This document shows positions 51,012 to 64,000 of a stretch of DNA of 64,000 nucleotides, piece after piece (positions within the stretch are counted from its first letter, which is position 1; each line of letters opens with the position of its first letter). Source of the DNA: Eledone cirrhosa. Its lineage: Eukaryota. The notes beneath the pieces are model-generated. The model had not been told where the DNA came from and did not search any database. It saw only the letters and a list, made by a program, of their open reading frames with translations. The translations under genes were made by a program, and so were the position numbers. Location of the stretch: positions 44,454,001-44,518,000 of the forward strand of contig OZ024750.1 of NCBI GenBank assembly GCA_964016885.1. The letters are read 5' to 3'.

Positions 51012-51069
51012 ATACCTGATGATATCACCGGATTCATACTGAACCCGTTCATTGAAATGATCATAGTAT
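51012..51069 (+). ncRNA. Minimal type-I hammerhead with palindromic stem III (core-mutated sibling at 36015-36072)
   Basis: atac-CTGATGA-[long imperfect stem II]-GAAA-tgatca-TA^gtat. Confidence 0.7.
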
Positions 51070-51202
51070 AATAAACCTTTCAAGGATTTACACCAGTCCA
51101 GCGTCCTGTTATTTTATATATATATATATATAGTAATAATAATAAATTTGAAGACGAAAAAGGGTGAAAGCAGCGATTCTTTGCTTAAACTTTAATCTGT
51201 TA

Positions 51203-51233
<31 letters not shown>

Positions 51234-51441
51234 TGGTAAACGGAAAAGAAAATCCTGACAAATTGTTCCCCGTGAAAAATATTTAAATTAGGAATAAGTA
51301 AAAATTAGTAATAGTATTGGATAGTATTCAGTTTTGGTTTTAAGTTTTACCGGTTGCGCATTTCTAATGCTTTTCAAAATAATTTTGAGATAGAGCGCCC
51401 GTGATGTTTGCTCTAATCTGATTAGTTTTGGAAATTCTACC

Positions 51442-51516
<75 letters not shown>

Positions 51517-51669
51517 AATAATAGTAAATGTGAAGACTAAAATCGAATGAGGGCTCGATAAGGATAAATATACATCAAATATATCAGAACCCTAGAGCAA
51601 ATATTTATTAAAATAACAGATTAAAGTTTAAGCAAAGAACCGATGCTTTCACCCGATTCTTTGCTGTTA

Positions 51670-51727
<58 letters not shown>

Positions 51728-51811
51728 AATAACAAGGACGATTGGTTACTCCTTCATTACGTTTATAGGTTCACCGTGGTGAACCTACAGAAACTCCAAG
51801 TTACACTCCCT

Positions 51812-51892
<81 letters not shown>

Positions 51893-52619
51893 TATGCGCA
51901 AACAAAACTATGGATTGGTGTATGTTAGAATGGACATAAAATCTCTGTGAAGTTATTTTAGGCATAAAGTTAAGTATTATATATTAAAGTATATGGCCAG
52001 TAGTTAATTTTACTGGACACAGATGCAAGTTGACCTCATCCTTTTCAATATTCCCCTACAGTTTTATAATGGTCTCAAATTTTTACACAAGGTCATCAAT
52101 TTTGTAGGTGAAGGGAAAATCTGTTATATCGAAATGATCTTATCGGCAGAAAAACGACAAATTCTACCTCGGCGAGATTTCTACTCAGGATGAAAAGAAC
52201 TGCAACAAATACTGCTAAACATCTTCAGACGTTATAATACAAAGTTTCTCAAACTTTTTGAGCCACCACCACTCACGGCCACATAATACCCTCCACGCTC
52301 CCTCGACCCTATTTCCAGAGAGATCTACCTACACATAAATTGTAAATAATATATAATAAATAAAATCGTTAATTTATATATAATAAATAATATAAAATAT
52401 ACTATATATATAAAAAAATATATATTTAGTATTTTACTATATTTATATAAAATATGTATCATTTGATATTTTATATACTATTATATTATCTCTACCACCT
52501 CAACAGTACCCCTTAGGCCCCAGCGCCCCCTGGAACATCTCATCGCCCCACCCCGGGAGAGTTAGCGCCCACTTTGAGAATCTCTGTGCTAACGTATCTT
52601 CCAATCCACCATCCTGTTG

Positions 52620-53346
52620 TACTAATGGTTTCTGAATTAATTATAAGGCCAGCATTTTTTTTTTTAGGGGAAAGTTGATTAAATCGAACCACGTATATTA
52701 CTGGTACTTTATCTTATCGATCCCGTAAGGATGAAAGGTAAAGTCTAACCTCGGCTGGATTTGAACTCAGGACGTAAAATGAGGTCATAATTAAATAGTA
52801 ATACAGACACAAGGCCAAATATTTGGAGTAAAGTAAGTCAAATATATCGACCCTAGTATGTGACTGGTACTTTATTATATCGAACTCGGATGGATGAGAG
52901 AAAAATGTGTGGATATTGATGTGGTTTGAACCCAGAACCCAAAGATCAATATCTAAATAACTGTTCCTACATTTGGCACAAGGCCAGCAATTACATCAGT
53001 GCATTACTGGTACTTTATTTTCTCAATCCCGTACGGAGGTAAGGCAACGATACCATCGGCGGGATTTGAACTCAGACCATAAAGGGCCGTATCTCTATGC
53101 TGCAAAGCATAGCGTCCGACCCTCTACTGACTCTGTCAATACACCGACCTGGTATTATAACAATAATTGTTTCTACTTTTGGCACAAGGCCATCAATTAA
53201 ACCAGTGAATTACTGGTACATATTTTTATCGACCCCGTTAGGATGAAAGGCAAAGATAACCTCGGCGGGATTTAGAATCTGCCCGTAAAGGGCTGTAACA
53301 CTATGCTGCAAAGCATGGTGTCCGATGCTCTACTGACACTGTCAAT
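52620..53346 (-). mobile_element. Head-to-tail array of about 4 SINE family A copies of different ages
   Basis: Repeated consensus units. Confidence 0.82.
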
Positions 53347-53482
53347 GGTATAATAATAATAATACAACATTGAGAGATAATTGTTTTGTATTTTTGTTGT
53401 TATTGATATTATTTGTTTGTTATTTTATTAAATGCCTCAGTGACCTGTTTCATTAAGTATTCTATACACACAATAGCAACAG

Positions 53483-53515
<33 letters not shown>

Positions 53516-54103
53516 TGCACATACACACACACATACACACATGTTCACACACATACACATAGACACACTCACACACACACACACGTATATATATATTGAC
53601 TGCATAATACATATATGTATGTAAATATAATGTATATACATATATAGATAGAGAGGTGACCCTGAAATAAGCTATGACAAGCCCGCCCACGTCTGGCCGC
53701 CCTATGTTCAATGACAACTAAATGCCAGCTCTATGAGGACACTTGCCGTCAATGGTTCTATAGCTATTGTTACAGCAAGTGTCAGACATGAATCACACTG
53801 ACCCACGTCTCATCTCTTAACAATAGCTTACAGTCAGTGGCTCAAGTTGACCTTGGCTCGACAGATGAACACAAATACAAACATGTTTGTATGGACACAC
53901 ACACACGCACACACATACACGCACACACACACATATATACATATATATATATATGTATATATATGTATATATATATATGTATGCATATATATATATATAT
54001 ATAACTATATATGTATATATATGTATGTATGTCTGTGTAAGTGACACGCAGACATACATACATATATATACATATATATTTATATATATATATATATATA
54101 TGC

Positions 54104-54196
<93 letters not shown>

Positions 54197-54241
54197 TATA
54201 TGTATATATATATGTCTGTATGTCTGTGTGTGTGTGTGTAT

Positions 54242-54325
<84 letters not shown>

Positions 54326-55378
54326 TGCTATCCGTTGTATAGAATACGCGCACACACAAGTGAAAACAAAAACACACACACACATACACATACACCACAT
54401 AAACATATCTGCTGGACATAGACATTCACACACTCACTCTGACACATCCAGACAAACACACATGCGTCGAGAAACACATACAAATGCCTATATATGCGTA
54501 TGTACAATTATACACTCAAACTTACAAGTATACATACATAAATACGTACAAACATACATACATACTTACATACAGACAAACAGAGAAACCGGCATATATT
54601 CATATACGAGCAGCAGGACCCGGCGCTGCACAACATAGGAATCGTGAAATACGTAGAAATACAAATATGTAAAGGTTCAGGAATGTAGCTGTGTACTTTT
54701 TGAATTCCCTTATTCTCAGGGAATGATTGTTCATCTATTGGAAACGTAGAACACCAGCAGGCCCGAATCGTGAAACATCTGCATGCATGCGCAAAATCTG
54801 AAAAAAATCAGCTGGATACTCTTTAAGCTTACTAAATTTTAGAGTATGATTTTTCTTCCATTTGGAGAAAATCGGTTTGGTACCTTTCGAGTGGCCTCTG
54901 TGAAATAAACCAATTTTTTAACGAAATATTATACGCTACTTACGATGTTTAAGTAGCGATTATATATAAAATGAAAATGGCATGTAATGCCCAATGGTAA
55001 TTCGTAAATTTCCTAGAAACCATTAATGGAATTGGATTTTTTTTGTCCATGGCAATGCGAGGGGAGTAACTTATGTGTGCCTCAAATTTCGAGGAAATCG
55101 GCTGGATTATATTTAAGTTACACCTCAAAAAATATTTAAAATCCGGTTTTTCGCCTAGGGCAGAAAAAGTTTGATATTTTTTAGCCCATTGCATTTCAAG
55201 AAATATAAGTAACGCATGCGTAAAGTTTGAAATATCCGAGACCCTCCAGTAGAAAACTGATGAGGAAAACTCACCCACCCCCTTGCTTTTTTCTTATTCT
55301 CATTCCATTTTAAAATCTAATATATATATAAATATATATAGTTTTGCGAGGTTTTTGATATGAAATCGTGTGTCGAAA

Positions 55379-55942
55379 CAAATATTGTTATACTTGGGGA
55401 GGGTCATATTTGTGTAATATTGCCAGAATTAATAACAGAACACACTCACTGTTTGGTTGGTTTTCGCTTTTCGCTTCTGTGTCTTTTATATCGGTAATCT
55501 AATTTATTCGGTCCTCAATGTTGCCATTGCCTGACCAACGGTCAAAAATAATACAGATACAGTATAGACACAAACACATATATATAGTTTATCAAAGTTC
55601 TTTCGTTGCACATCTGCAACATCGTCAGTGGTGCTATTGTATCCTCCCGTTACATTGTATTTTCTACGCCATCTTTATGTAACGGGAGGAAACAATAGCA
55701 CCACTGACGATGTTGCAGATGTGCAACGAAAGAACTTTGATAAACTATATATATGTGTTTGTGTCTATACTGTATCTGTATTATTTTTGACCGTTGGTCA
55801 GGCAATGGCAACATTGAGGACCGAATAAATTAGATTACCGATATAAAAGACACAGAAGCGAAAAGCGAAAACCAACCAAACAGTGAGTGTGTTCTGTTAT
55901 TAATTCTGGCAATATTACACACGTATGACCCTCCCCAAGTAT

Positions 55943-55950
<8 letters not shown>
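55379..55950. repeat. About 570-bp near-perfect palindrome (Penelope-like fold-back) next to (TA)n
   Basis: The arms are reverse complements around about 55665. Single-arm copies of the family lie at 42478-43320 (interrupted) and about 5060-5180. Confidence 0.9.
55699..55742 (+). ncRNA. Hammerhead in the right arm of a large fold-back (mirror at 55590-55633 -; sibling at 43250-43295 -)
   Basis: CTGACGA-t-gttgca gatg tgcaac-GAAA-gaac TT^tgata. The sibling reads tatca-CTGATGA-t-gtcaca ggtg tgtgac-GAAA, with two compensatory pairs in stem II. Confidence 0.72.
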
Positions 55951-56025
<75 letters not shown>

Positions 56026-56292
56026 CATTGACCTACATTATTCAGTCCGTCTTTCACATTTAAAGCAGTGAGAATATGAATCAGTGAATATTTGGGTGGT
56101 ATTTCTAGCACACAGTATGACCACATATTACCGCTTCTTATTTAGTTCAATTACAAAGTAAATAGTGTGTTGCTATTTTATAGAGATATATCTACTTACG
56201 GATATTTAGTGAAATGATTGCAATCAACATCAAATACCTAACTAATATACATACATACATACATATATATATATGTATGTATATTTGTGTGT

Positions 56293-56353
<61 letters not shown>

Positions 56354-56392
56354 CTCAGCCGGATGGCTGGAACAGGTAAAATAATAAAAGAG

Positions 56393-56436
<44 letters not shown>

Positions 56437-56793
56437 TATATATATACATATATATATATATATGTATTATTTTTGGTAATTCCAATCTTATTATATATAA
56501 TATTATATATAATATATGGTGGAAGTATGCAATAAGACTCTTTAATTTTCTATGCGAAATTATGTGAATAAATAAGTGAAGATATAATTATAGGAATAAA
56601 TGTAATTATATGTTCATTTCTTTATTTATAAATGTAAGGATATGACATAAACCAATATAAAATAATTTTCAACTACGTTCTTTGCTTATTTTCGGCGGAA
56701 ATTAATATGGAAGCAATTTCGAATGTTTGATCATTCCGTTGAAAATTGTGTACTGGTACATATACACTTCCAAACACACACATAGACTTGCAA

Positions 56794-56838
<45 letters not shown>

Positions 56839-57141
56839 CCAATATACACACGCAAACACTTGCAAACACACATATATACAGATATATACACGCATACACT
56901 TGCAAACACACACATATATATATATATATACAGATACACACACACACACACTTGCAAACACACACAAATACACACACCATTGAAAAGACCTCACAGACAA
57001 ACATTCTAACATTAACAAACATACACATACACACATACACACACACATACACAAACACCTATATACATAAAAATACAAATACACATAAACATGCGTATAC
57101 ATTCATAATCATAAATATAAATAGACATACACACACACACT

Positions 57142-57183
<42 letters not shown>

Positions 57184-57186
<3 letters not shown>

Positions 57187-57337
57187 TTAATATAGATGAG
57201 ATTCTACAGGACTAGAACTGTTTCATTCTTTAGAAATCATCAGGATTTAGAAATCTTTAGAAATCACCAAGGTTCCTGATGATTTCTAAAGAATGAAACA
57301 GTTCTAGTCCTGTAGAATCTCATCTATATTAAAACTT
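57184..57337. repeat. Fold-back unit with a hammerhead-like core (CTGATGA...GAAAC) in each arm
   Basis: Inverted arms; CTGATGA-tttctaaagaat-GAAAC at 57276-57299. Stem I is not resolved. A family fragment lies at about 62357-62392. Confidence 0.6.
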
Positions 57338-59781
57338 TTATACTCTGCCATGTATTGAGTACCTTACTTACTGTGGTTACCTCCGACTCAACCCGGAATA
57401 ACGTATATATATATATATATATATATATATAACGAAGGAGTCGTGGTAAGTAACCAAATGGACCATAACGCACCAGAGTACTCAGTACTTGGGGTAGTAG
57501 ACTGGGTAATAGGAAAATGTTTGACCCCGACGGCAGAGCTCAAGCCGTTCGACGGCTATTTCTGGAGTCCAGAAATAGCCGTCGAATGTAAAAGGTAGGC
57601 AGGTGATGATGAAAAATAGCGACTGGCGTTCCATTTGTTATGCTGTGTATGTGTTTGTATGAATACATGTCTGTATGTGTTTGTATGAAGGTATGTGTGT
57701 GTTTGTGTGAATGTATGTGTGAGTGTGTATTATCTGTGTTGATTTGTTTATATTTATATACACACACATATACACATACGCGTTAGCGTGTTGCAAGAAA
57801 ATACTAGTATATATACAGTATATTTGTAAACCTACTTACACATTTATTGTTTTACACATACATACTAACACATGTGTACTCATATAATTGTTTCTAAAAT
57901 AGACACAAGGCCAGCAATTATCCCAGTGTATAACTGGTACTTTATTTTATCGACCCCCGTTAGGATGAAAGGCAAAGTTAACCTCAACGGGATTTGAACT
58001 CAGATTGGCAAGGGCCGTAACTCTATGCGTCAAAGCATGGCGTCCGACCCTCTACCGATACTGCGAATTCACCAATAGTATCCAATACTAAACACAGATA
58101 TGCTTTGCAGCATAGAGTTACGGCCCTTTACGTTCTGAGTTCAAATCCCGCCGAGGTTAACTTTGCCTTTTTCTCCTTACGGGATCGATAAAATAATGTA
58201 CCAGTGACGCACTGGGGTTGATTTAATCGACTTTCCACTCCCCCAAAATTGCTGGCCTTGTGCCTGTATCAGAAACCTATATTAATGTAGAATAGTATTA
58301 GTGCTCTTCCAGACATGTTAGTATACCATCTCAAGGGAAGTCATAATCAGTTGAACATACATACATATATACACAGATACATTGACATTCACACAGACAT
58401 ACACATATACCCCCTCATGCATCTACACATACACACACTCATGCACACACACACATATATATATACACACTCATGCACACACACAAACACACGCATGCAC
58501 ATATACAGAAACTTCTTTTACGTATAGAAAACAACTATAACTCTATCTCCCCTTCCCTCTCCCTCTACACACACACTTAAACACACACGCGCAAACATAC
58601 TTACGCGCTCATAGTTTCGTACTTACATGCACACACACACTCTTTTACTCACATATACACACACTTTTCTCCTTAGCTTCGTACGGACGTATAATAACAC
58701 ACACAAACACAGACGCACACACACACACACACACACACATACAAACACATACATACACACGTGCTCAAGTATAGCTCTTTTTACAAAACGTTTTTTTTTT
58801 CCATTTCAGGTAGAGGCGCACCATCATCCACTTTTCTAAAAAATAAATCATACACAAAACGCCAGCACCAACAGTTTTGCAAGAGATATCAACACGAATA
58901 GACCTGTTATTTATATCTAAAGACATATTTTTCCAATTCCATCCCACCCGTCCCCTCAATCTATTTTATTTCTCATTCTTTCTTTTGACGAAAGACTAGC
59001 GTCCGAAACGTTAAGACGCACTTCCTGCTATATCAAGCGTTAACCTAATATATCGCTTCCATATACTGTACCGATCGTGTTGTTATTTCTGATTACCTTT
59101 TACATACATATATATATATATGTATATACATATGGTGGCTGCCAACTCGTTTTCGAGTACGGCCACTACTTTATATCCATGTAGGAGAACCCCTACCGAT
59201 GCGCTGAACGAGTGTGGCTTTTTAGTCCAGCCAGCGACTTGAAAACTCTGGTACAAACACTACACTTGTGACAATTATTGACACATAGTGCTGGGCCCAT
59301 GGTACCATGTGACGACAAGTGCAGAGAGATCTCCAGATATAAAGCAATGCCTGTGCCGTGAAGCTTTTATAGTGAGCAAAGGCACTGCACAAAGCCAGTC
59401 CCACTCTCTTAACCAAGATCATATTTACCAAAAAGAAGATCAAGTCAATATCATTGGATAGCATCAGGGTTGCAGGTGTTATATCAGAGTTTTCCTTCTC
59501 CTAGAATTCTACCTTGACAAAGGCTAAGGGGTCATCTCTCCCGGTGATTTTGGATGGCCATTGACTCTTATGAGCTCATTTTCCCTTTGACAGATTTTGT
59601 TTTTAGTCCTGCAGGATGTCCAAAGTCACCCTCCTCACCAAAAAACCTTGGTAGGGTTGCCAGTTTAGTCGCCAACGACCCGACCATGAGACAGGTTGTA
59701 CTGGGATACATATTACCAGTAGCACCAACTGGTGACCTGACATATATTCCCATATATACATACATATATATATATATAATA

Positions 59782-59822
<41 letters not shown>

Positions 59823-59879
59823 GAGATCAATATCCCTACAGGTACTAAGTACCCACGGAAATATATAGGGTGTCATCTC

Positions 59880-59935
<56 letters not shown>

Positions 59936-60440
59936 GAGATGACATATATAGATAGATAGATAGATAGATATATAGTGTATGTAGTAAGGTGAACTACTGG
60001 TGTTGGTACCACATCAAACACTCTATACACAGGCCGAGTGTATAGAATAGAAAAAACGAGGAAATTTCGTTTACATATGAAAAGTATTTTTCATATGTAA
60101 ACGAAACTTCCTCGTTTTTTCTATTACACACACACACACACACACACACATACACACACACGCATGCACACACACACATATATATATATATATACAAACA
60201 TATAACGAGAGAGAGATAGTGAGAGGGAGGGGGGGGGGGGGGGCATTTAAAAAGCTCCATTTCTGCCACACATACAAATACTTCCAAACACAAATTGGTA
60301 TTAGCTTCCATAACTCTGCTTTACTTCACATGCATGAAACCTACCAATACAATTGAAGACGTGAAAATGCTTAATCACATACACAAGCAGATACACACGC
60401 ACGTACAAACCCATTCACACATATGCTCACACACACACAT

Positions 60441-60482
<42 letters not shown>

Positions 60483-61228
60483 CTTTACACAACAAATACT
60501 GATTTCAGCTCTTGCATTCGGCCCATGTCTAAAGCAATAAGCATTGATTTGTTACAAACTAAACAGACATATTTGCTCTCTGTTTATAACAAAGATACCA
60601 CAGGAGTTTGATTTAAGAGAAAACGACCAGAAACAAAAAGATTGAGAGCTATAGAGATAGATAGAGAGTATGAAAGGGAGATATAGTGAGGGGGATGTGA
60701 GTGGAATGGTTTAACGAACGGGGGAACGGTTAGAGAAGAAGAGTAGAGATATTTATATAATTACAGATTTCGGCATATAATTTAATTAATTGTTTCAGAA
60801 GAGCTAATACTATTAATTTCAACTTCAGTCACCTGTCTACCTTTTAAAGGAAGCTACTTCACAAGACCATAGAGTGTCTGTCATAAAATCAACATGTTGC
60901 AGTGACGTCAAAGTCTTAAAGGCAAGAAAACGCCACAACAAGCTATCACTTGATTTGAAGAGCGAGTGTGTGATATCTAGTTTCCTTAATCACTTGTTAC
61001 AGTTGATAGTTTCAACAAAAGATGAGTGCTATTAATGGCGGACAGCGAATAGCGAATGTGTCAACGCCATTGGTTTCCTGTTCTACATTATAAACATCAG
61101 TGTGTGGCTTGTTAAAGTCACGTTACAATTCATTAGTTCATTTCAGCTTTTAACAGGCATTAACACATGTACAAATAAACTACGCTGCGCCATCTTTAGG
61201 AGGAATTTAATTTCTACTGCCAATGAAC

Positions 61229-61281
<53 letters not shown>

Positions 61282-62889
61282 TCTCCCATGCGTACACACA
61301 AACGCAAACATACACATAAATATGTTCGAACACACACACATTATTACAAACACATTCATATATATATATATATATATATATATCTTGGTGTGTGTGAGTG
61401 TGTGTGTGTATAAACACATACACATTATTACAAATGCATGCATATATATGTGTATATATATATAATGTTGAAAGAGATATAGAAGACTAAACAACGTTAT
61501 ATATTAAATACAATTTTTCAAGCAAACTATAACAATATATATGTGTGTTTGTATGTGTGTGTGTTTGTGTGTGTTTGTTTGTGTGTGTATGTGTGTGTGT
61601 GTGGGTGTGTGGGTGTGTATCAACACACATAAACACAAAACACGTGCAAAGATATAAAACATTCAGAAACCCACACACTAAAACCCACACAAACGCACCC
61701 ACATATACGCAGAGACACGAACATGTAAGTAAATAGACATAGAAATATATACACTGGCACTCGAAGACATATTTACATAGACACGTACACAGACAAGTAC
61801 ATACATATACACAGACAAGTACATACACATACACAGAGAAGTACATACATGCACACAGAGAAGTACATACACATACGCAGAGAAGTACATATACACATAG
61901 AACCATATAACTATATAGATACGTGAACACAAACACTTGAACACAAACAATGATAAACAGTCACATAATCGCACATGAATATTTACCATTGATATAGCCA
62001 TATATACACACACACGGAAACACAGACACACAGAGACACCTACAGGCATATTTATACATAGGAACAGGCACTGGGGAGAGTGTGACTGTAGAGGAAAATA
62101 AATGCTACCCCCCTGCATAGTTCGTGTGTAACTTTGTTGTGTATATATACATAAATACACACACACATAAAGACACAAGCAGACACACACACACACACAC
62201 ACACATACATACACACACACACACACACAATACACACACACACACACACACACACAACAGACCCACACACACATACACACATGAACCCGGGTTCAATCAC
62301 GGGTAACCACAGTAAGTGAATTACTCAATACATTAGTAAAGTATATACAAAATTTAATATAGAAATGGCTTCTACAGGACTAGAACTGTTTCTGTTATAT
62401 ATATATATTAGTAAAATCTGAGGATCAGCGAGAGCTCGGCCGATTCAGCTACTTACCTCTTCTAGATTTTGAACGTGGCTGTGTGGTTAGAGGATTGGAT
62501 ACGCAATTGTGAGGTTGTGCATTCGATTCCTGGACCGGGTGATGCGTTGTGTCCTTGAGCAAGACACATTATTTCACGTTGCTCCTTCTACCTGGAGTTG
62601 CAACCTATAGATAGTATTAGCAATTTTAATTTTAATATTGTTACAAGTATATTATATTATATTATATTGTATTATATATAGTACTATAGTTCCCGCTCTA
62701 TATAACCACCTTTGTTTAGCTCTAGTTTTTTTGCTTTGGACTATATTTGTTTCAAAATGTTATCCACCTCCTTAGTGATTTTTATTATATATTTTTAACC
62801 AAAATCTTCCAATACTTTAGTGTATGTACACTCCATATTCTTCGGAGTTTTCGGCTTGTATTGGCCGATAGTACTTCTTGTGGTTTTGA

Positions 62890-62932
62890 TTGCCCTGATG
62901 AGTCCTTAATAGGACGAAACATTGTTGGCTAA
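62890..62932 (+). ncRNA. Minimal type-I hammerhead
   Basis: gcc-CTGATGA-gtcct taat aggac-GAAA-c att g TT^ggc, followed by AATAAA. Confidence 0.8.
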
Positions 62933-63066
62933 TAAAGATTTTTGATGTATTGAAGGCTTCTTTGTTTTATTTTCGGCTCTGTTTAATTACATTGAGCTAT
63001 ACCTTTTACTGTCATTTCTATAATACGAAGAGGGTGTTTAACTCCAACACGCTCCAGTATTTTAAT

Positions 63067-63111
<45 letters not shown>

Positions 63112-63209
63112 TACATACGCACATCTGGGGACTAAGACCCACACGGTGATATACACGCAGGTATAACTATGGGTGTTTGTTTGTATATATATATATATAT
63201 TTTCAAATT

Positions 63210-63266
<57 letters not shown>

Positions 63267-63267
63267 G

Positions 63268-63344
<77 letters not shown>

Positions 63345-63388
63345 GAAACATCTTCAAGCTACAATGCTATGCCTTACTATTTACACAG

Positions 63389-63529
63389 AGGACTAATTCA
63401 GAACTGATGCTGCTAGTCGTCAATAATGTTTCCCTAATTGATTCTGCTCTATATGAAGAAATAGTACTGAGTTCTTCAAAGATGAAATGGACCCACATCG
63501 ATTTCGTTGATACTAGGAGTTACCTGCAG
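63389..63529 (+). other. Candidate internal coding exon of an unidentified host gene
   Basis: Acceptor ...tactatttacacag, 141-nt open phase-0 frame RTNSELMLLVVNNVSLIDSALYEEIVLSSSKMKWTHIDFVDTRSYLQ, donor CAG|gtaaaa. Non-repetitive sequence. Confidence 0.35.
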
Positions 63530-64000
63530 GTAAAATAGACGTGCAAAAATCTGATCATTCCACAATCACGTGTACCCTTTATGTATTTCTCTGTGAGATT
63601 GAGCATTTACACATTGTGTAACAAACTCTGCATCTTTGAATTGCTAGTACAGTACACCCGTCGGGTTTCTAGGCAGAGGAGGCCCGTGATCTTGTAGAAA
63701 GAGGGTTAGACTTACAATTATAATGACGAGAGTTTGATTCCTGGGTGGGTTGTGTGTTGTGTTCTTGAGCAAAACCCTTCATTTCCCTTTGATCCAGTAT
63801 ACTCAGCTGAATGTGATTACCAACAGTGACTGGGTGTTTAATCTTGCGATTGACTGGTGTCATGTCCAGCGGGGAGTCTTGCACACTCAGGCGCTTAATC
63901 AAACGTAAACCGGGATAAGCACAGGTTTGATGTGCCTCTGGGTTTGAGACAGACTTTAGATGGTTTTAAAATCTTAATTACACAGCTTGAATCTCAGTTT

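Noticed and set aside
51250-51295. CTGACAA...GAAA hammerhead-like string (mirror near 25045-25080)
   Set aside because: C3-A8 mismatch in both copies and no convincing stem II or stem I.
54670-55320. Possible DNA-transposon remnant
   Set aside because: No TIRs, TSD or second copy identifiable in this window.
59830-59872. Hammerhead remnant (ccc...ggtactaagtacc..GAAAtatATAggg)
   Set aside because: The CUGANGA half is missing; too decayed to call.

Overview
AT-rich, microsatellite-dense eukaryotic DNA with no host gene I can confidently call. The repeat content is typical of a cephalopod (Octopus-like) genome, which is an inference. The 9.4-22.6 kb region is a nested stack of non-LTR retrotransposons. 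An old, decayed R4/Dong-type element on the minus strand is split at a poly-Asn-encoding (AAT)n tract in its own ORF. Two apparently intact elements sit tail-to-tail in that tract: a Tx1/L1-clade LINE (plus strand; ORF1 zinc knuckle, ORF2 APE-RT) and a young R4/Dong RT-RLE element (minus strand). The rest of the window holds tRNA-derived SINEs, Tx1 3' fragments in (ATCT)n or (ATT)n, RTE remnants and hAT and Tc1/pogo MITEs. It also holds about 20 type-I hammerhead ribozyme (HHR) motifs from several families, many in fold-back (Penelope pLTR-like) units in (TA)n. The best novel candidate is a TSD-flanked retrozyme-like tandem element (42544-43064, 310-nt period) whose hammerheads carry a compensated U3-A8 core. 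A second candidate is a 3' tail and (ATT)n target shared by the Tx1 LINE and the dominant SINE. All structures were folded by eye and no searches were run.
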